Shown here piece after piece: positions 45,224-52,302 of a stretch of 52,302 bases of DNA. The DNA lies in contig QPGO01000047.1 in assembly GCA_008632985.1 (NCBI GenBank), forward strand, positions 484,212-536,513, given 5' to 3'. Position 1 is the stretch's first letter. Each line of letters opens with the position of its first letter. The position numbers and the translations under genes are program-made. Under the pieces are notes generated by a model, which ran no database searches, had not been told where the DNA came from, and was given only the letters and a program-made list of their open reading frames with translations. The DNA is from Psammoneis japonica (Eukaryota).

Positions 45224-46090
45224 NNNNNNNNNNNNNNNNNNNNNNNNNNNNNNNNNNNNNNNNNNNNNNNNNNNNNNNNNNNNNNNNNNNNNNNNNNNNN
45301 NNNNNNNNNNNNNNNNNNNNNNNNNNNNNNNNNNNNNNNNNNNNNNNNNNNNNNNNNNNNNNNNNNNNNNNNNNNNNNNNNNNNNNNNNNNNNNNNNNNN
45401 NNNNNNNNNNNNNNNNNNNNNNNNNNNNNNNNNNNNNNNNNNNNNNNNNNNNNNNNNNNNNNNNNNNNNNNNNNNNNNNNNNNNNNNNNNNNNNNNNNNN
45501 NNNNNNNNNNNNNNNNNNNNNNNNNNNNNNNNNNNNNNNNNNNNNNNNNNNNNNNNNNNNNNNNNNNNNNNNNNNNNNNNNNNNNNNNNNNNNNNNNNNN
45601 NNNNNNNNNNNNNNNNNNNNNNNNNNNNNNNNNNNNNNNNNNNNNNNNNNNNNNNNNNNNNNNNNNNNNNNNNNNNNNNNNNNNNNNNNNNNNNNNNNNN
45701 NNNNNNNNNNNNNNNNNNNNNNNNNNNNNNNNNNNNNNNNNNNNNNNNNNNNNNNNNNNNNNNNNNNNNNNNNNNNNNNNNNNNNNNNNNNNNNNNNNNN
45801 NNNNNNNNNNNNNNNNNNNNNNNNNNNNNNNNNNNNNNNNNNNNNNNNNNNNNNNNNNNNNNNNNNNNNNNNNNNNNNNNNNNNNNNNNNNNNNNNNNNN
45901 NNNNNNNNNNNNNNNNNNNNNNNNNNNNNNNNNNNNNNNNNNNNNNNNNNNNNNNNNNNNNNNNNNNNNNNNNNNNNNNNNNNNNNNNNNNNNNNNNNNN
46001 NNNNNNNNNNNNNNNNNNNNNNNNNNNNNNNNNNNNNNNNNNNNNNNNNNNNNNNNNNNNNNNNNNNNNNNNNNNNNNNNNNNNNNNNNN
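45224..46090. other. Assembly gap (N run)
   Basis: 867 N. Confidence 1.
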
Positions 46091-46503
46091 TAACAAAATT
46101 AAGCTACGGTCAAAACCGTCATTTGACAGCTTAGAGTCTGGTGCGACTCCATCGAGACACTACTGTGGTTTCACTTTATAGCTTGAAGCTTTCGTGGATT
46201 TGGACTATCATATGTGATCTATCTACACAGTTCTGACACAATCAACGATATTGGAATACGTAAGACAATGCAGGCCGGCGCACATTTCCGTAGATACTGA
46301 AGACAAGCTGCCTTTCTTCTCTTTACTTATAGTTCCAGTAGCTTGCCTAGTTTATTTTGTTCCGCGGTCAGCTGATGTTTTGCATTGGAGAAGAATCCGG
46401 ATTCTTCTACAATCATCAGGTCCTTGTAAGACCCCAAAAAGCCAACCACAAAATTATCATCTTCATGTTTGAGTTCCCTTGCATACAAAACAGAAGCAAC
46501 CAA

Positions 46504-48400
46504 TTACATTTCTCCCGAGATTGCCAACCAAACTCCAATTGCACCCAATATGAACCCACCAATCATAAGCACGAACACGAGGTTTAGCTCGACAAGTTCC
46601 GACCTTGTCGGTGGCGAATCACGGCCATAGATGGCTGCCCGATACATATAGGCGGGAAAACAAACACAACAAACGGGGACAAGTGTACCCCCTCCAACGG
46701 CATTGACAATCCCCAAGTCTGTGAAAAGCATGGCCAACACCGTCAAGATTGAAAGAAGAAAGACAGAGATAATGTTGATATTTGTCGACGTTTGCTTTGC
46801 CATGGTACGTCCAACACATCGAGAATGCCGTCGCGGAATCCCATAAAGGTCAATGGGTACGTGAATATCAGTGAAAACGCAACGGCTACTCGGCAAAAGG
46901 TGGCAAGGTGGTCGTGCGTGGAGAGGTTGTTGAGAATGTATCCGTCGCAGTGCGACCCAAACGTCAAAAATCCAAATGCAGTAATCAGGATGAAATTGAG
47001 CGAGGATAGGCCAAAGGCGTAACTCACAACCGAACCAAACCGTCTAATGGTGGCATTCTTTAGCCTAAAACAACAAACCGGGAGATACAGAAGGATTGGA
47101 AAGGCGTTGGTGGACATGCGATGAGACAGGCCTTCGTGTACATGCGTAGACGTTTGTTTCGTACTGTGTGACTTACTCGGTATAAAACCTTGGGGCATTA
47201 TAATGAGCTACAAATGCCTCGAATACCATGCACAAAAACACAAGGACGCGTGCACTCAAGGCGCCGCTCGCACCGGTATCACCAAACCTCGGTTTCATTT
47301 CATCACGAAGGCCCTGAAGTTTGAATGTAATTTACAGCAGATACCGAATTGTAAAGGAGTTTCAAAGATGACTGTGCAGGCACCGATTGCAGTCTCTTCT
47401 TACTGTACCTGTACGAACTTTCCATTTGTTGTAGTATCATAACTGCCGTCAAAGTAACGAACTCCCATGGCAGCTGCTGTCAAAAACATGCTTACCATTC
47501 CTGCGAGACTGAATGGCGGATAGCACCTTGAGATTCTTTAGTAGACAAAGAGGCAAAAGCGCCACAACCGTGACGAAAAACAGTGACTCGGCTCGAGTCA
47601 CATGGACAAGCCCAATTGTATGGAAAAGCGATTTGAAGGTATCTGCGAGAATCATGCTCTGTGTGATAAAAGGCAAGCCATAGGGTTGAGTGAAGAGTAG
47701 CCGCCGCTTTCGAACACCTAGAACCATTTTGAAGTAGCTTACATATGCTAGATTACCCAAGGCTGGCTTGAGCATGTTGACTGTAGCAACAATCGTTGCC
47801 CCTGTTTCACCCATTGTCTCTTCCCATGCTTCACGGTAAGTGGCTGTGTAAGTTATTCGGCACGTTTTCCCCTAAGCAAAAAGCGCCGTGTTAGGAATGC
47901 ACCGAAAAGACTCAAAAGATGCATGGAAAAACAACATACCAAGATGAGAAAGAAATATGCAAAAATTGCTCCCATCAAGATGATGTGAACTGACGCCGGA
48001 ATGATTGCTGATGGTGCGTCGGCAAATGCCGCCCTGTCCGAAAGAGTGTATCGCAAAACACAAGTCAGAGCAACGATTCAAGTCGCCTACAATATCATAG
48101 TCTTTACACTTACACGCCGCTGGGGAGAGCTAGCACTCCGGATCCTACTAGATTCTTGACAAGGTTGAAAACCTGTTCACCAACTGTCGCCGTACCTCCA
48201 AAGTCACGCACGCTGCAGCTTCTTCCCGAGAAAGTAAGCGACTGATTGACCAGATTACGGATGGATTCTCCAAGACGCGAAGACCCCCGTCTTCGACGCT
48301 GCCCTCTTGAGCTCGTTGAGGTTTGGTAGGTGTTGTAGTAATGCAATGCAGGACGACCCGTGTCGGGGTCAGTCACAAGAGGCGTCGCTTCGTTTGACAT
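46504..48400 (-). CDS. Amino acid transporter (Aa_trans/AAAP family), multi-exon, with apparent frameshifts
   Basis: 'FNLVKNLVGSGVLALPSG', 'PLCLLKNLKVL', 'GFLTFGSHCDGYILNN', 'FSLIFTYPL', 'LGIVNAVGGG'. Several GT-AG introns. Confidence 0.85.
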
Positions 48401-48938
48401 GATTCTTGTTTGTCGCTCTTAAACGCTTTCCTTTCTCTTACTCGCTGTCGCAACCTTTTTCCCGACAATGATCAATATCCAACGCGAGACTTACCATGGG
48501 AAAAAGACATCATACCCGTATGTGTTCGCTTTTTAGAACAGCTCCCAATTCTCGGTATCCTCGGCTTTGCACTTCCTGTACATCGCAATTTATTTCCATT
48601 TCCAACCCCCCTGACGCCTGCTGACGCTTGACGACTGTTTGGGCAGGCAAGCAGACGTCGGAGGGAGTTTCAACAATTTCAAAATTCCAATACATGTATA
48701 CATGAGCGGTAATGAACATGAACAACGGAACGGAATGGAAACCCGGATGTAATGACTTCCCGCGCCAACCTTCGACCCTGTTCTTGTCGGCACTAAATTT
48801 GCTCTGACAGCGAAGGACCAAGCTTCTTCGAACGACACTATGGACAACGGTCGAATCAAAAAGGAATGCTTGTTCTTCTCACAAAAAATCTTTCACTATT
48901 CTAAACTTTTCTATCAAGACCTACTTCACTAAACAAAA

Positions 48939-49334
48939 ATGTCGTTCACAGCCCTCCAAGGAGCAACTCTCATTGCCGCCCATGCCACCATGACACGGGT
49001 CTTGCTCAGTTTCACACTACGCACCTATCAGTTTTTGGAATGGGATCCGAAACGCAAGAGTCGCATCAGTTCCAACTATAACATTCAGCAGTTTCAAAAG
49101 GCGGTCAACAACGAATCCGAATACGCAGGACTCTTGACGGCGATTCTCCTCTTTCTTTCCCTTCAAGACGACCAAGCCTCAAAAGGAGCCACCCTTGCGG
49201 TTGTGGGTCAGATTGGATATGTGTGGAGTCGCACGGCGTTTGGATACCCTACATGGCCAACGATCGCCTTGGCGATAATCCGCTATGGTGGACTTGCGCT
49301 TCTTGTCAATGACCTTTGGAATGCAGCGTTCTAG
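48939..49334 (+). CDS. MAPEG-like small membrane protein
   Basis: 131 aa with ~4 hydrophobic segments; 'FQKAVNNESEYAGLL' and 'GQIGYVWSRTAFGYP'. Confidence 0.6.
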   Translation: MSFTALQGATLIAAHATMTRVLLSFTLRTYQFLEWDPKRKSRISSNYNIQQFQKAVNNESEYAGLLTAILLFLSLQDDQASKGATLAVVGQIGYVWSRTAFGYPTWPTIALAIIRYGGLALLVNDLWNAAF

Positions 49335-49576
49335 ACGAGGAGTGCCCATACGTACTGGACTTAAAAATCAAGCTAGAATAACCAATCAGGTACTGTAGCC
49401 CGCCTTTTATACATGGTTAATGCCTCTTCATTTTCTATTTACTGGTCCAATTGTTGTCATCGTTCTTAGCTTTAGCAATGCTTCGTTTTGCTGTCCTCCT
49501 ATTCTTGAAGAAATTCTTCACAAAATGTCCTCAGACACATGAAGCTTGCGGATGGGGTGTCAAGCACTGCGAAGAA

Positions 49577-50246
49577 CTAGTAGCAGCATTCGTTTTCAAT
49601 CGCATCTCTCATGTCGCGTGGATGGAACCAAAGGTTTAATCCATACTTTTTTCCCCGTGTGACTGCCATGGCTTCATGGAATGTCAAGCCATGCACTTCT
49701 CAAAGTCGTTGTCCAACACATTTTGCCACAAGACGGCTCTTCCCTTCTTCGGCGAGACGCGCTTTTCAATCTCAGTGAAACGAAGATCGCCACCTTCGTC
49801 GACATCACTCAGAAATACGTAAAGAGTCAATATTCGATTTCCACATCGTTCTGGTCCTTGTGTCGAAATGACATCGTGGTGCTCTTCATAGTGCCCACCC
49901 TCATTGTACATTAAAATCTCCATAAATTCCGTGTTTTCGATCTTCATGCCCGTCGTATTGAGCATTCGCTTCATGACTTGCTCCCCGATAGGCTCATCTT
50001 CACATCCATCCGCACACCATGCATCCAAACTGGTTCGTCCTTGCCCCACCTTGTCGCCAAAGGCTCCGTCAACGTCAATCTCTTCCGAGATTTCGCTCGT
50101 TTGTTCAAAGCCAATCTCTGCGCCCTTCTGAATCAACCAATCGCACTGGGCGTCATGGGCTCGGCAACAACCTCGACCTGCGCCATGGTAAAGCCAGACA
50201 GATGCCAGAGCCCTGCCAACGCGACAAGCAGATGCGATACCATCAT
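49577..50246 (-). CDS. Prolyl 4-hydroxylase-like 2OG-Fe(II) dioxygenase with two apparent frameshifts
   Basis: Signal peptide MMVSHLLVALAG; 'YNEGGHYEEHHD', 'RILTLYVFLSDVDEGG'; distal 'HEAMAVTRGKKYGLNLWF' lies in another frame. Confidence 0.85.
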
Positions 50247-50814
50247 GATGAATCCCCTTCTTATTTCCGATTGATACTCTGTACAACAGACTCTTTGCAA
50301 CGCACAGGTATGCTTTTTTGCAATGCGAATGGTATGCCTCCTCTGCAACACACAACACTCTGTGCTACTATGTCCACAAAATCGGGAATACGCAAAAATG
50401 AATCTTGCCAAAAGCCAAAAGTGTCATTGCGATCTTTGACTCCTTCGATTCCACCACGCCAGCACAGATGCTCATCTGCCGAAAAAGAGAGAAATTCTGT
50501 AGAAAACGCACAAATCGATGCTTTTTCGTATTTTTGACGCCGTCCAGACGTCGCACAATCGCGAAGTGCGTGGAATAGAAAGACGCACAACATCAACCCG
50601 CAAGCACAAAACTACCGAGGCAAGCATCTGTCAGAACATCTCCATGCAACATGTAATCCTCTTTGTACATTTTTCTGAATGTAGGCTGAAGCCTCATGTA
50701 AACGATTTGGGCAACGGCGCCATTGTCGGAAGGTTGCTTGTTTCGTCGCACGTCGTGTCACAAAGCGACAAGGCAGGAGGAAGGTCGTTTTTTTCGAAGA
50801 TGACATCATTTTCT

Positions 50815-51141
50815 AAAAATGCGTAGAATGAATACCAGCGATAACGGGGGCACTGATAAATTTCCACAAACACCGGTCATTTTTGAAAAATGCGTAGAAT
50901 CAATACCAGTGACAACGGGGGCATTCCATCACTTTTTGTCAAAATACGTAGAAATCATATGAGATTCCACGGGGGCACGATTTTTAGTTTTTTTGGAACT
51001 TAAAGTATAGGTTTTATGCCCCGAGAATTCCACGAAAAATTTGTACCTGGGGCATAGTATGTAGAATCATACCAGAAGTTTACGGGGGCAGAATTCCGCG
51101 ACAATGTTTTCGAAAAGTTACGATGCCCCCGTGCCCCTGTG
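50815..51141. repeat. Cluster of ~35-bp degenerate repeats, likely a transposon subterminal region
   Basis: (C/T)GTAGAA..ATACCAG...ACGGGGGCA-like units at about 50815, 50886, 50941 and 51058, plus an inverted TGCCCCCGT at ~51124. Confidence 0.6.
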
Positions 51142-51398
51142 TTTTTCAGTAGTAATTTTCAGTATGTAAACAAACTACCAAACTCGGTGTACAAAAGACA
51201 AAATGATCATTTTGGATTTTCAAATTACTGTGGTATGACATGCGTAGAATCCTGCGTAGTAGGACCACTCAAATCACATCGCAAGGCCCAACGAACGAAC
51301 AGCGAACACGAACACGGCCCATTTGCTCACAGCTCACAACACACGACACAAGCACGACACACAAGACAAACAACATCCTGCAGCGCGACCAGCGACAC

Positions 51399-52302
51399 AT
51401 GGCGTCCGAAAACAACGACAGCAGCGTAGGTCGCAGCCCCACAGACTCAGAGTTTTGGTCTACTCCCAATGGTAAGTGACGAGGTGTGGTGTTGTCACAG
51501 AATCGCTTCTCTCTACCCTCGTTCTAAACTATTTCGACTGTTGCATCATCTCAACAGGGCAAGCTACTTTGGCTTTAGTGCAAGGGCTTTCTTCTCCATA
51601 TGCGATTTTGCAGGTACAGGCAAGGGATTCTGTTGAAGAAGAACAGGAGGAGGAGGAGGAAGGTGATATCCAGGAGTATTTGAAGGCGACACCCACTGTG
51701 GCGAATCGAAACCTCCTGCTGTTGGATGAAGTACAACAAAAGGAGATTGTCCAGAAGGGCGTCAAGACGGTGGAAGACCAGCTCTTCGAGGAAGTGGAAA
51801 CCAATCCTAACTACGGCGTCATGGATTTGCTGAATGCGTCTGCCAATAATCCACGTATCAGCTTGCTCGCGACATCACCCGAGTCGCACTACTGGAACAA
51901 CGAATCAAACACGGAGGATCTCATGAAATCGTTGAAGAAAACGATTGCACAGAACGAATACGACGTCAAGCGAAATGCAGCGAGTGCTGCACAAGCCCAA
52001 GTAGACCTTGGAGCTGCAATCCGTGATCGTGATGCCAAGAAAGCTGCGTACGACGCCGCCTGCAGCTTTGTTGAAACTATTGAAGCTCGACAAGCTGGAT
52101 ACATGGACGCAGCGGAGACAACCAAGGAGTTGAAGCGCAAGCACGAGGTCGACTTGAAGGTCGTAACTTTGCTCAACGGAGCCATAGTCCATGTCAAGAG
52201 CCTTTATGCTGATCCCAGTCTTTACGATCAGTTGCCTTATGGCAGGACTGCTACAATGGCAGATCGCGATGCACTTGGGCGGGAAATATTCAAGTTGGAC
52301 CC
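51399..52302 (+). CDS. Hypothetical acidic/coiled-coil protein, runs off the window (intron 51472-51557)
   Basis: MASENNDS...PN, then a GTAAGT...CAACAG intron, then a frame that appears open to the window end. Confidence 0.6.

Noticed and set aside
44963..46181. Long ORFs of X residues
   Set aside because: Artefacts of the N gap.

Overview
Eukaryotic nuclear DNA with short GT-AG introns. It is most likely from a diatom, judging by a CoDi-type Ty1/copia element and diatom-style secreted proteins. Host genes: a glutamate receptor-like channel, a secreted PT-repeat protein, a DENN protein, cyclophilin H, a GH53 galactanase, an amino-acid transporter, a MAPEG-like protein and a prolyl 4-hydroxylase. 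They are interleaved with transposon-derived blocks, and there is one N gap (45224-46090). The main signal is a repeat-restricted, both-strand TpA->TpG/CpA hypermutation, opposite in direction to fungal RIP. Old repeat blocks have almost no TA. 12 of 16 differences between the two copia LTRs are TA vs TG/CA. Conserved Tyr residues of the still-open copia polyprotein have become Cys/His while its CpGs largely survive. Surviving TAs sit mostly in TAAA/TTTA. Other notable items: a copia primer-binding site matching a tRNA-Asn anticodon arm (half-tRNA priming), two MITEs with 4-bp TSDs that escape the mutation, and an unclassified GIY-YIG-encoding element that interrupts a tRNA-Lys gene in its D-loop. 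All counts and alignments were made by eye.
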